Below the pieces are notes generated by a model. It made no database searches. It was given only the letters and a program-made list of their open reading frames with translations, and was not told the origin of the DNA. 64,000 bases of DNA from NCBI GenBank assembly GCA_002719815.1, contig PBET01000024.1, positions 3,393-67,392 of the forward strand, in the 5' to 3' direction. Position numbers and translations under genes: made by a program. Each line of letters begins with the position of its first letter. Position 1 is the stretch's first letter. The DNA is from Methanobacteriota archaeon. GTDB taxonomy: Archaea > Thermoplasmatota > Poseidoniia > Poseidoniales > Poseidoniaceae. Positions 39,087-47,351 of the stretch are shown piece by piece.

Positions 39087-42000
39087 TCATTCTTGATATT
39101 CGGACCAGTCTTCTGCGCCCTCTTCACGGTACCACCATGTTCCGACTTCATCTTCGTACCATTCTGTTCCATACTCATCGACGGAAATGCCATCGTCGTC
39201 CCCAGATGCTTCTTCAACAGCCACCTCGCTCTCTTCAGAAACTTCTTGTTCCACGACGTCGCCAGAATCGTCAACTTCCGAAATCAAGGCATCACCAGGA
39301 CGTTCGATGACTTCAGGCTCGTCTGCGATTGTCTTGTCCTCAAACTCGTCGAGAGGTTTTCCTTCAGGAATTTCGATTGGTTCTTCTTCCTCTTCAATAA
39401 AGTCGTCCTCTTCGTAGAACGACTCATCTTCAAATGCTGCAGATGCTCTTCGATTCAAAACAACGTAGCCAGCGATTGCAAGTAGGACGACAACTGCACC
39501 AATGCCACCGTAAAGAGCCGTGTTAGACGAACTCTTCTCTTCACCGTCCGTGGTTGGTTCTTCGACATACAATGAAGCTGTCCACGTTACAGTATCGTCG
39601 GTGTATTGGTCAACGAGATCATAATCAGGGGAGCTTGTTCGCAGTTGAATTGTAAATTCCTTTTCAACATCAACGTCTTTTTGTCGAGCCCAAAGCGGGT
39701 CCTCGTATTTTGGAACAAAGGCAACGGTTTCAGATTCATTGGCTGCAATGCTTATCGTTCCAGGCGTTTTGAACAACGAAGGAGATGAGGTCACTGAGAC
39801 AACAACGTTGACTGCAAACGGGTTTGGATTTGTGATAACACATTCAATCGAATCATCAGCATTTTGTTGATTGGTCAGAATGATTGAACTTTCACAGCCG
39901 ATAGTTGCCGATTCAATCGATGTCGGAGCCCAGACTTCTTCTGTTTGGTTGTCAGTTTCATTTTCCTGGATTGGAACGGAATAAGCGTTCAATTGCACAC
40001 CTATCATCGTCGTACCAAACATTTCTCGGTTACCAGAATCAACCATGAATTCAATTTTTGTCATGTTTACAAAAGTGGAAACGATACGAATCTTACCACT
40101 GGAAATCGTTTCGTTACCTTCCATAAGAGCATCCTGAGAACTGTCATCGAATGCTTGCCATTGGATCGTCGTACCTTCAAGTGATGCTTGATGTGCTGAA
40201 TTTTGTTCAACTGCACTCAATGTGACGTTGATGTCAATTGCACTGTTTGCATCCATATCGACCGAAGATGGTCCTGCAAGTTGGACTGTAATGCCCGTAC
40301 CCATGGAAGATTGGGCTGTTGCACTTGCGAAAGGTTGCGTGTTTGGAAGTTCAATGCTCTGCATTTCGACCTCGATATCCACTTGACCCTGACTTGTTGC
40401 GGAATAATCGAGTAGTGTTTGTGGGATGAGTACGTCATGCAAATCTTCAACATCGATAGGAGTCCATTGGCCGCTTGAATCTGTTTGTCCATTCAAGACA
40501 AATTCTTCATCCCCATAGGTCATCGTTAACTCGAGGTTAGCGTTTTCGATTGCAATTGGTTGCTGCGCTTCATCGAGATAGTACGCATCAACATGAATGC
40601 TCATTGGACTTGTTGATTCCAGTACCGGGCTTGTTGCTCCGGAAGGACCGGATTCCACAACCACATCCAATTGACTACTAATGTACGAATTGTTGAATGC
40701 TGTCGTTGGACCTGCAAATGGTAACGCTAGCGATGCGTTGTCATACTGATCAATTGCTGCTACAGCAACCCAGTATTGTTGCCCGTCTTGTATCTCCTCT
40801 GAACTGGTGCTTCCTGTAGCATCTGAATACGCACTGGTGTGCGTAATTTCAAGTTCGGTCGTTGATGAAGAGAGGGTCGAAACAGGTTGGTATGTTATCT
40901 CTCCGATAGTGTAGTCCTTCTCGCTGGTCAATTCAGTGGTAATGGCCGTGCCATCCAAATCGGATTGCGCGACATAGACTCTGTACTCTTCAACACCTGC
41001 ATGTGTACTTGCATCCCATGTTACCTTCATTGGTGCTGAGGCTGTCTCAATGTCCAAATCAATGAGTTGTACATTGGTTACTGCTGTAGGAGCTGCGGGG
41101 TATGGAATCGTCACTTCAAGTGATTGCGAAAGGTTGCTGACGACACCAAATGAATGGATAGAACGGACGATATAGCCATAGGTTGAGCCAATATCAACAT
41201 CGGAATCCGAATAGGAATTTTGTCCTATTACAGCATCATGCGGGGATGAGAAATCGTACGAAGAGGTTGATGACATTCGGAAGACTTGGAACTGTTGGAG
41301 ATCGGAACCAAACTCACTAAGAGCCTGCCACTCGATGGTAACGCCATTTTCAGTCAATGTCTGAACGGTTAGAATCGGTGTTGGAGGCAACGCAAGATTC
41401 GGCGCTCCAAGGGTGTAATTCATGCTCAACAAAGTTGCATCAAATTGACCCGCCTTTGTCGTCTCTACAGGTAGGGTAATCGTGAACGATCCCGATCCAG
41501 GGAGCATTTGTTGGTTGAGTGAATTGCTCAATGAACCGATAATCCCGGCACTTGTTTTTACTTGAAATTCAATATCATAAGCAATGTCAAGGTCTGTGAA
41601 ATTCGCTGTTCCATTTGAGTTGCTTGATAGTGACATCATGTTGGTCACCATTTCAATACCATAACCATCCGAGATTCCAGGGTAGGCAGGTAGGAATGGA
41701 GCAATTGTATCTCGGATGGTATTATCCGCATCGGTTATTTTCAGCACACCGAGATGCGAAAGCGTCGTGCTTGCGTAGCCCTCAGCCCACAAATCATCAT
41801 CACCATCAACATCGGTATCAAGTGAAAGATTGTGCCATGCTCCTATGAATACACCTTGAAGCGATTCACCAGCAAGCACGAATTGATCCATTAGGCCGTC
41901 GTGGTTGATATCTGAAAATTGGATGTCTCTCGGGACTGAATAAGGCGTCAATGGAGAATCACTGGGTGATCCAAGGCCGGTTGCAGATATTGAACGGAAT

Positions 42001-43385
42001 CCAATATCGCCTTCGATTGTTGATGGATTTCCGTCTCCAAATTGGGCATTGGGTGTAAAGAGCGATGGGTTTCCATCGTTGTTGTGATCAGCTACAGTAG
42101 CATTCATTGAATCGAGAACATCCAATATTGCTACCTGATTCCACGAGGATTGATTGTTGACAATAATGACCGATTCTGTTTCTTTTGTAGTCAAGAAATC
42201 GATGTCTCCATCGCCATCAAAATCGCCTGCAACCGAATCCAATGTAAGGTTACGGAACTTCTGGATGTTAGCATTCAGTTGCCGGGTTACAGAATCATAC
42301 GTGATCTCTGTAGCATCGTTCCATGCATCGGAGACAATGATGACGTTTTCACTTCGGTCGAAGAAATCCCCGACCCTTAGACTGCGCATGCTTGTTCGCC
42401 CCTGGCCGAAATTCCATCGAAAAACAGGAATGTCGTCATCTTGGCGAACGGCGTCAGTCGAACCATTAAACAACGTCAACGAAACAAGGCCTTGTCCTGA
42501 GTATCCATGAATGGTGATGAAATCTGGATAATTATCGCCGTTCATATCAGCGATTTGAACATCGATTGGACTGCTTGTAATATTGACGCTGAACGATGGA
42601 TCATACGTCATTGTTGTCGAATTGAAATAGTGAATGCACATCATTGCGCTCCCTAACGAAAATGTGACTACGTCATCGTGTGAATCGTTGTTCATGTCTG
42701 CAATTCGCATCTGATCTGAGTTGATACACGTGGATGTCCAGCCAGTCAGATTGTATTGCATTGTTGTTGCATTGCTTTCAACAACAGCAAAACCTGTGTT
42801 TACTCCTGTGGTTGCATTCTGGGTTGAGAAAACAAAAGCATCGGTCATACCATCTGCATTTGAATCTCCGAGCAACATTTGTCGCACAGCACCGACTGCA
42901 ATATACTGGCCATCTATTTCAGGCGTATATGTGATGTTTGCTTGACTGGATTGTAGAGTAGCGTTCTTCGGTAGCAAAATTGGAGAAGGCATGCCCGAAC
43001 TATTGTTCAACTGAATTGTATCATAGATTGAACCTGTTTGAAAGGAATTTTGATGCGCCAAGTCGCCATAACCAATCCCAGAATATGCCCATATCGTGTC
43101 TCCAGTACTGCTGTTTATCCAAACGTTACCGGGTGTATCTGCCGCAGATTGACCCTCAACAACAAAGGAGGCATCTTGGAATGTTACATTTCGTTCAAGA
43201 TCCAATTGCAGTATCGTTGATGTATTATTTCCATCGGATGTAACCGTAATGGATGCTGCTCCTCCTGTGAAGGAATTTACTTGCGTCGTACCACTCGCAA
43301 ATGACTGCGGAACAAAGAGAAGTGGAGCAACAAACAACACCACGAGAAAGAGGGCTTTTTTATTCAATCGAGATTCTTGCATCAT
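39087..43385 (-). CDS. Giant (1432 aa) surface protein: FG-GAP/VCBS propeller repeats, Ig/FN3-like domains, TM anchor, acidic Trp-rich cytoplasmic tail
   Basis: A signal peptide is followed by Ca-binding FG-GAP-like loops (GDSNADGMTDAFVF, ADMNNDSHDDVVTF, ADMNGDNYPDFITI, GDFDGDGDIDFLTT, SDINHDGLMDQFVL). The TM segment is LYGGIGAVVVLLAIAGYVVL. The tail ends ...GTEWYEDEVGTWWYREEGAEDWSEYQE. Confidence 0.7.
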   Translation of the reverse strand: MMQESRLNKKALFLVVLFVAPLLFVPQSFASGTTQVNSFTGGAASITVTSDGNNTSTILQLDLERNVTFQDASFVVEGQSAADTPGNVWINSSTGDTIWAYSGIGYGDLAHQNSFQTGSIYDTIQLNNSSGMPSPILLPKNATLQSSQANITYTPEIDGQYIAVGAVRQMLLGDSNADGMTDAFVFSTQNATTGVNTGFAVVESNATTMQYNLTGWTSTCINSDQMRIADMNNDSHDDVVTFSLGSAMMCIHYFNSTTMTYDPSFSVNITSSPIDVQIADMNGDNYPDFITIHGYSGQGLVSLTLFNGSTDAVRQDDDIPVFRWNFGQGRTSMRSLRVGDFFDRSENVIIVSDAWNDATEITYDSVTRQLNANIQKFRNLTLDSVAGDFDGDGDIDFLTTKETESVIIVNNQSSWNQVAILDVLDSMNATVADHNNDGNPSLFTPNAQFGDGNPSTIEGDIGFRSISATGLGSPSDSPLTPYSVPRDIQFSDINHDGLMDQFVLAGESLQGVFIGAWHNLSLDTDVDGDDDLWAEGYASTTLSHLGVLKITDADNTIRDTIAPFLPAYPGISDGYGIEMVTNMMSLSSNSNGTANFTDLDIAYDIEFQVKTSAGIIGSLSNSLNQQMLPGSGSFTITLPVETTKAGQFDATLLSMNYTLGAPNLALPPTPILTVQTLTENGVTIEWQALSEFGSDLQQFQVFRMSSTSSYDFSSPHDAVIGQNSYSDSDVDIGSTYGYIVRSIHSFGVVSNLSQSLEVTIPYPAAPTAVTNVQLIDLDIETASAPMKVTWDASTHAGVEEYRVYVAQSDLDGTAITTELTSEKDYTIGEITYQPVSTLSSSTTELEITHTSAYSDATGSTSSEEIQDGQQYWVAVAAIDQYDNASLALPFAGPTTAFNNSYISSQLDVVVESGPSGATSPVLESTSPMSIHVDAYYLDEAQQPIAIENANLELTMTYGDEEFVLNGQTDSSGQWTPIDVEDLHDVLIPQTLLDYSATSQGQVDIEVEMQSIELPNTQPFASATAQSSMGTGITVQLAGPSSVDMDANSAIDINVTLSAVEQNSAHQASLEGTTIQWQAFDDSSQDALMEGNETISSGKIRIVSTFVNMTKIEFMVDSGNREMFGTTMIGVQLNAYSVPIQENETDNQTEEVWAPTSIESATIGCESSIILTNQQNADDSIECVITNPNPFAVNVVVSVTSSPSLFKTPGTISIAANESETVAFVPKYEDPLWARQKDVDVEKEFTIQLRTSSPDYDLVDQYTDDTVTWTASLYVEEPTTDGEEKSSSNTALYGGIGAVVVLLAIAGYVVLNRRASAAFEDESFYEEDDFIEEEEEPIEIPEGKPLDEFEDKTIADEPEVIERPGDALISEVDDSGDVVEQEVSEESEVAVEEASGDDDGISVDEYGTEWYEDEVGTWWYREEGAEDWSEYQE

Positions 43386-43507
43386 GCCACCTTATCGCGG
43401 ACACGACAAACTTCTACTTCAAGTCGATGACTCAAATCGAGAAGATGGCCTCACTTGAAGCAGAGATGCACAAGACGGAATGTTAGGCGCTCATACAAAC
43501 ATTATCA

Positions 43508-44038
43508 ATGAGAGGAATTGTGGATGATACTGATACGATGGTAACACAAGCCAAAATTTTCATCTCTGCTGGTGACTTTGAAATCGACATCAGCGGAGCA
43601 ACTGTTGAAGTTGATGCTCGCTTGATTCAGATGCGCCATGACGATACCTGGTCAATTGTCCTGCAGCGTCTGAGAGACGCTCGGGATGCTGCTATCGACG
43701 CTGCAATTGATGCTGCACGAGAAGTTGGACTCCCAGAACGTGGGTTCGCTTTCCGTTCATTGGTTGACAACTGTTCCTTGGTCAAAAAACCAGATCAAGT
43801 CCTTGCGGCGATTCACTACCTGCGTGATGTAGAACGCATCAATGACAGTCCTCCACGGGTTGTCAATCAACTGTTTACCGATGCAGGAATTGAGCCACCT
43901 GGCAACCTCAGCTTGTACCTAAACAGGCTCAAAGAGCGCGGTCTATTGATGGTACCAATCGAATATGGGGATAAGAACAGATTTTCTCTCCTCACCGATG
44001 CTGGCAGGGCGCACCTTGACAAACAATCAACATCCTGA
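43508..44038 (+). CDS. Hypothetical protein with a possible C-terminal winged-helix domain
   Basis: This is a 176-aa ORF. The C-terminal part (LYLNRLKERGLLMVPIEYGDKNRFSLLTDAGRAHL) looks like a MarR/PadR-style recognition helix plus wing. I recognise no other motif. Confidence 0.3.
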   Translation: MRGIVDDTDTMVTQAKIFISAGDFEIDISGATVEVDARLIQMRHDDTWSIVLQRLRDARDAAIDAAIDAAREVGLPERGFAFRSLVDNCSLVKKPDQVLAAIHYLRDVERINDSPPRVVNQLFTDAGIEPPGNLSLYLNRLKERGLLMVPIEYGDKNRFSLLTDAGRAHLDKQSTS

Positions 44039-44045
44039 GTGAATT

Positions 44046-44504
44046 ATGGTAATGTCTGGAGGAGGGGAGGGCGACCCCCGAGACGACCCCGATGAGTCAA
44101 AGACAGAACTCATCGATTGTTCCTACCAAAACCATGCGAAAGCCATCTTCAGGAAAGGGCGCCATCGTGGGTCAACCTTTCGAAGAGCCATTCTGGATGG
44201 TGCCGATCTCACAGAAGGAGACTTTTCTGAGTGCGACTTTCGGAGAGCTTCGATGGTTGAAGCCGATTTAATGAAATCAGCATTCGATGGTGCTGATTTT
44301 CGAGGAGCTGACCTCAGAAAAGCCCGATGCAATCTCTCAAATTTTCGGAATTGCAAATTGGAAGGAGCTGATTTACGCGGCATTCGTGGGAAATATGCTA
44401 TTTGGCAAGGAAGCGATTGGTGGAATGCGATTCTAAACGACGACCTTGCCAAGGCTTTGGCGAAAAAATGGCCCCGTCCAACAGATCATTCAGACTCATC
44501 CTGA
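44046..44504 (+). CDS. Pentapeptide-repeat protein
   Basis: Consecutive A(D/N)LXX pentapeptides run through ADLTEGDFSECDFRRASMVEADLMKSAFDGADFRGADLRKARCNLSNFRNCKLEGADLRG. Confidence 0.8.
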   Translation: MVMSGGGEGDPRDDPDESKTELIDCSYQNHAKAIFRKGRHRGSTFRRAILDGADLTEGDFSECDFRRASMVEADLMKSAFDGADFRGADLRKARCNLSNFRNCKLEGADLRGIRGKYAIWQGSDWWNAILNDDLAKALAKKWPRPTDHSDSS

Positions 44505-45088
44505 ACAAGAACAACCTTGTTCGCCTCTTGAAACGCCAAACGGGCACGAGCGTTGATGAGCGGAAGAAGCGCCAACGCTGCAAAAAAGAACGTGCAGATT
44601 CCGCAAGTATATCCAAAATACTCAGCAGTATCTTGTATCGTTCCATTCAGATGCTTCTGTGCCGCATCATGAAAGACCATATTTCCTACAATACCCCCAA
44701 AGAAAGAAATAAGCGCTCCAGAAAGTGCAATTTTACTTCCAACTGGTTTCATTCGAAAGAGAAGTATGCCGCCAACAAATCCAGCCGCACTACCAAGACC
44801 TAAGGACACGCCACGAATGAGGTAGCCATTGTTCTCGTTCACTTCCTTGTGATACGATTGATAGGCATCGAAGGATATGTTGTCACCTTGTTGGTTCGGA
44901 GTTTCAAGAATCTCGGCCATGAATTCATCTGAGACCTCTTCTTGATTTGCAAGATCGAGGTCAGCTTTTGCGACAAGTGCAAAGAAAACTGAACAAACGA
45001 TCAAGAGAATTGCAACTGTCTTTGGACCTTTGTGGTCGGGACGAATCGCAAACATATCGGCATCCGTTCCGTCATTCATTCGCTTCAT
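44486..45088 (-). CDS. Membrane protein (4 predicted TM helices), function unknown
   Basis: Hydrophobic segments include TVAILLIVCSVFFALVA and GSAAGFVGGILLF. The start is uncertain (ATG 45079, 45088 or 45112), because the track ORF to 45220 overlaps the upstream thioesterase gene. Confidence 0.4.
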   Translation of the reverse strand: MKRMNDGTDADMFAIRPDHKGPKTVAILLIVCSVFFALVAKADLDLANQEEVSDEFMAEILETPNQQGDNISFDAYQSYHKEVNENNGYLIRGVSLGLGSAAGFVGGILLFRMKPVGSKIALSGALISFFGGIVGNMVFHDAAQKHLNGTIQDTAEYFGYTCGICTFFFAALALLPLINARARLAFQEANKVVLVQDESE

Positions 45089-45503
45089 CTCTCCCGCATG
45101 ATTCGAGTCCATCTCGTAGGTGGCCCGGTATTGGCATTCGTTGCATTGAATCCATATTGACACATACAGTGACGTGTGTTGATGTCCAAAGCAATTCGTC
45201 GCGTTGATTTCGGAATTCATAACGCCATGTGCACGAGGATCCTCCTACGTTCTCAATCCAAATGGTTGCAGTAATCGTATCTCCATAACGTAACGGCGCA
45301 TGGAAGTCTGCTTCAACGTGGACGACTGGAAACCCAATCTTTTGTTCAAGCAGTAGATCTGCATATCGAACACCGCATATACTAACCCAAGAATCCTCAA
45401 AAAAACGATGTGCAAGATCAAAGATTCGGGGATAATAGGCAATATTTGCAAGGTCGACCATTGGGAAATCAACCCCTCGCTCAAGGTGAACTGCCATATC
45501 CAT
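45072..45503 (-). CDS. Hotdog-fold acyl-CoA thioesterase (4HBT/YbgC-like)
   Basis: The pattern VDFPMVDLANIAYYPRIFDLAHRFFE fits the 4HBT N-terminal strand-helix. HVEADFHAPLRYGD is also present, and the length is about 140 aa. ATG 45503 is preferred; the track start at 45545 is GTG. Confidence 0.55.
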   Translation of the reverse strand: MDMAVHLERGVDFPMVDLANIAYYPRIFDLAHRFFEDSWVSICGVRYADLLLEQKIGFPVVHVEADFHAPLRYGDTITATIWIENVGGSSCTWRYEFRNQRDELLWTSTHVTVCVNMDSMQRMPIPGHLRDGLESCGRDEANE

Positions 45504-45561
45504 TCCAAGGCTATCCGCATGATGAACTCTTGTACAGGCTTGCACATGAAGTTCCGTTGTG

Positions 45562-45569
45562 CTTATATC
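45562..45569 (+). promoter_or_regulatory. TATA-like box CTTATATC upstream of tRNA-Arg
   Basis: It ends 27 nt upstream of the mature tRNA 5' end (45596), which is the spacing expected for an archaeal promoter. Confidence 0.45.
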
Positions 45570-45595
45570 AAGTCGTCAGGTGGAACGAATACCCC

Positions 45596-45672
45596 GGCCC
45601 CTTGGGGTAGTTTGGATATCCTTCGACCCTGCGGAGGTTGAGACCCGTGTTCGAATCGCGGAGGGGCCGCCA
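45596..45672 (+). tRNA. tRNA-Arg (anticodon GCG), CCA encoded
   Basis: I folded the cloverleaf by hand. The acceptor stem is GGCCCCT/AGGGGCC. The D arm contains GG18-19. The anticodon stem is CGACC/GGTTG with loop CTGCGGA. The variable loop has 4 nt. The T arm is CCGTG-TTCGAAT-CGCGG. The discriminator is G, followed by genomic CCA. Confidence 0.8.
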
Positions 45673-45674
45673 AC

Positions 45675-46571
45675 TCAAGATGTTGCTCGCTCTGCGGCGT
45701 CAGCCTCAAGTCGCTTTGCAACTGGTGCGTGGTGCTTGGCAACCTGTCGCATGAAGTATTCATCAGAAGCATACATCTCATCTTGGATAAGAACACGCGG
45801 GGAGTCTGAAAGCAATTCAACCAAGCTCAAGACATCGTCGTAATGGTAGCAATATTCGAACTGAGATGAATCTTGCACAACCTTCGTCCACTTTCGTTGA
45901 TTCTTTTTCTTGAAGTAAATGGTAAATCCATCAACCAATGGATTGGCGTCCGTTACTCGCCACTTCCATCCATCTGTTCCCTTGACTTCAACGGCGGCTT
46001 CTTCGGGCTTGAATTTAGCAGCGGTTGTGGATTCGATCCATGTCTTCATCGCTTTGGAAGCTGGACTTTCATTCAATCCATAGAGAAGGAGCATGGCTCT
46101 TCGCAGAGGACCATGTGCGGGGTGTTGGATAAATTTGTCATCGTTCAGCAGCATCAAGAAATACGAGTCGAGAATGTCACAGCCTGGCAGGTCTGCCACG
46201 TTCTTGTAGTCAGGTTGAATGCAAACAGATGTCTCTTTCCCCTTCGTTTCCCCTTTTCGGGTTGTTTTTGTTGTCTGTAGGCCACTTCCTCCTGCAAATG
46301 GGTTCTTCAATCGAGAAAGAATCGATTCAAGAGGAATGGTATACGTAGCAAGATTACCGAGAATAACGATGTTTTCCGCATCAAAGAGAATCCTATCTGG
46401 ATTTTTGTTGATGGTTTTCATCAGATAATCGAACGATGTGTGCATTGCTTCGAAACTATCGTTGATTTGTCCTTGAAATTGCTCAAGCTTCTTTGTTTGG
46501 TATTCTGCCGAGGGCGAGGGGTACTCGATTTCTTCTTCAGCCATTTGAAATGTCTCGTCGTCCATGAACAT
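45675..46571 (-). CDS. Hypothetical protein (298 aa), no recognisable motif
   Basis: This is a long ATG-initiated ORF. Its stop codon lies 2 nt from the 3' end of the convergent tRNA-Arg. Confidence 0.4.
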   Translation of the reverse strand: MFMDDETFQMAEEEIEYPSPSAEYQTKKLEQFQGQINDSFEAMHTSFDYLMKTINKNPDRILFDAENIVILGNLATYTIPLESILSRLKNPFAGGSGLQTTKTTRKGETKGKETSVCIQPDYKNVADLPGCDILDSYFLMLLNDDKFIQHPAHGPLRRAMLLLYGLNESPASKAMKTWIESTTAAKFKPEEAAVEVKGTDGWKWRVTDANPLVDGFTIYFKKKNQRKWTKVVQDSSQFEYCYHYDDVLSLVELLSDSPRVLIQDEMYASDEYFMRQVAKHHAPVAKRLEADAAERATS

Positions 46572-46595
46572 CTCTCAATTCGAGAGTATTTGAAC

Positions 46596-47267
46596 TCAAG
46601 ATGGCCAATGGACAATTTCCCACTCTTGTTCCTCTGCAAATTTTTGCAATGGTCCTTCTGGATTGACAGCAATCGCATGGCCACATATTCGCATAAACCA
46701 CGAGTCAGCAAGCGTGTTTCCATAGCCATAACACTTGGACAAATCATGCCTATTAATCTCAGCATCCTTTTCCACAACAGGCACCTTTCCTTTTCGCCGT
46801 GGAACAGACCATCCTCGTTCAGATCCTGACAACCAACCTGAACGTGTTTCAGGCCCACACCCATAGACAGCATCCATGCCAAGAACGCGTGCCATGGCCT
46901 CAGCCATTGGTGCGACCGTCGCCGTCACCAGCACCAAACGATGGTCTTGGTTTCGATGCCATTCCAATCGATCCCACGCTCCTTGAGAGATTTTTGCTTT
47001 GAGCATCGATGTTGCGATTTCATCCGAATATTGCTCAAGTATGCGCCAGGACGCAAGCGAAAGGTGGCCGCGGTTTCGTAGAGCATCGTAAGGTGCCTTT
47101 CCTGTGAGAAGGCCAAACGTAGCTCCAAGGACCCATGCAACTGTTGCATGCGGAATTCTCCACGGACGTCGCTTGGCGAGAACACCCGTCAGTGTCTTCT
47201 CACTGGAAGCGTTGAGCAATGTACCATCGAGGTCGAAATATGCGGCTACTTCACTACCCTCGCCCAT
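46596..47267 (-). CDS. HAD-superfamily hydrolase, subfamily IB (SerB-like phosphatase)
   Basis: Motif I is YFDLDGTLL, and VLVTATVAPMAE and GYGNTLADSWFM (motif IV region) follow. ATG 47267 is preferred; the track start at 47315 is GTG. Confidence 0.65.
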   Translation of the reverse strand: MGEGSEVAAYFDLDGTLLNASSEKTLTGVLAKRRPWRIPHATVAWVLGATFGLLTGKAPYDALRNRGHLSLASWRILEQYSDEIATSMLKAKISQGAWDRLEWHRNQDHRLVLVTATVAPMAEAMARVLGMDAVYGCGPETRSGWLSGSERGWSVPRRKGKVPVVEKDAEINRHDLSKCYGYGNTLADSWFMRICGHAIAVNPEGPLQKFAEEQEWEIVHWPS

Positions 47268-47351
47268 GGTTTGTGCACTTGAAATCAATTCAAGAGGTCG
47301 TCGGTTCAAATCCACCGAATCTTGAAAACAATCGGTACTAAGGGCTTAACC

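Noticed and set aside
45596-47351. An integrated mobile element bounded by tRNA-Arg and the tRNA-like fragment.
   Set aside because: I saw no integrase, transposase or phage-like gene between them. The tRNA-like fragment does not repeat the 3' end of tRNA-Arg. The intervening genes are an orphan and a HAD phosphatase.
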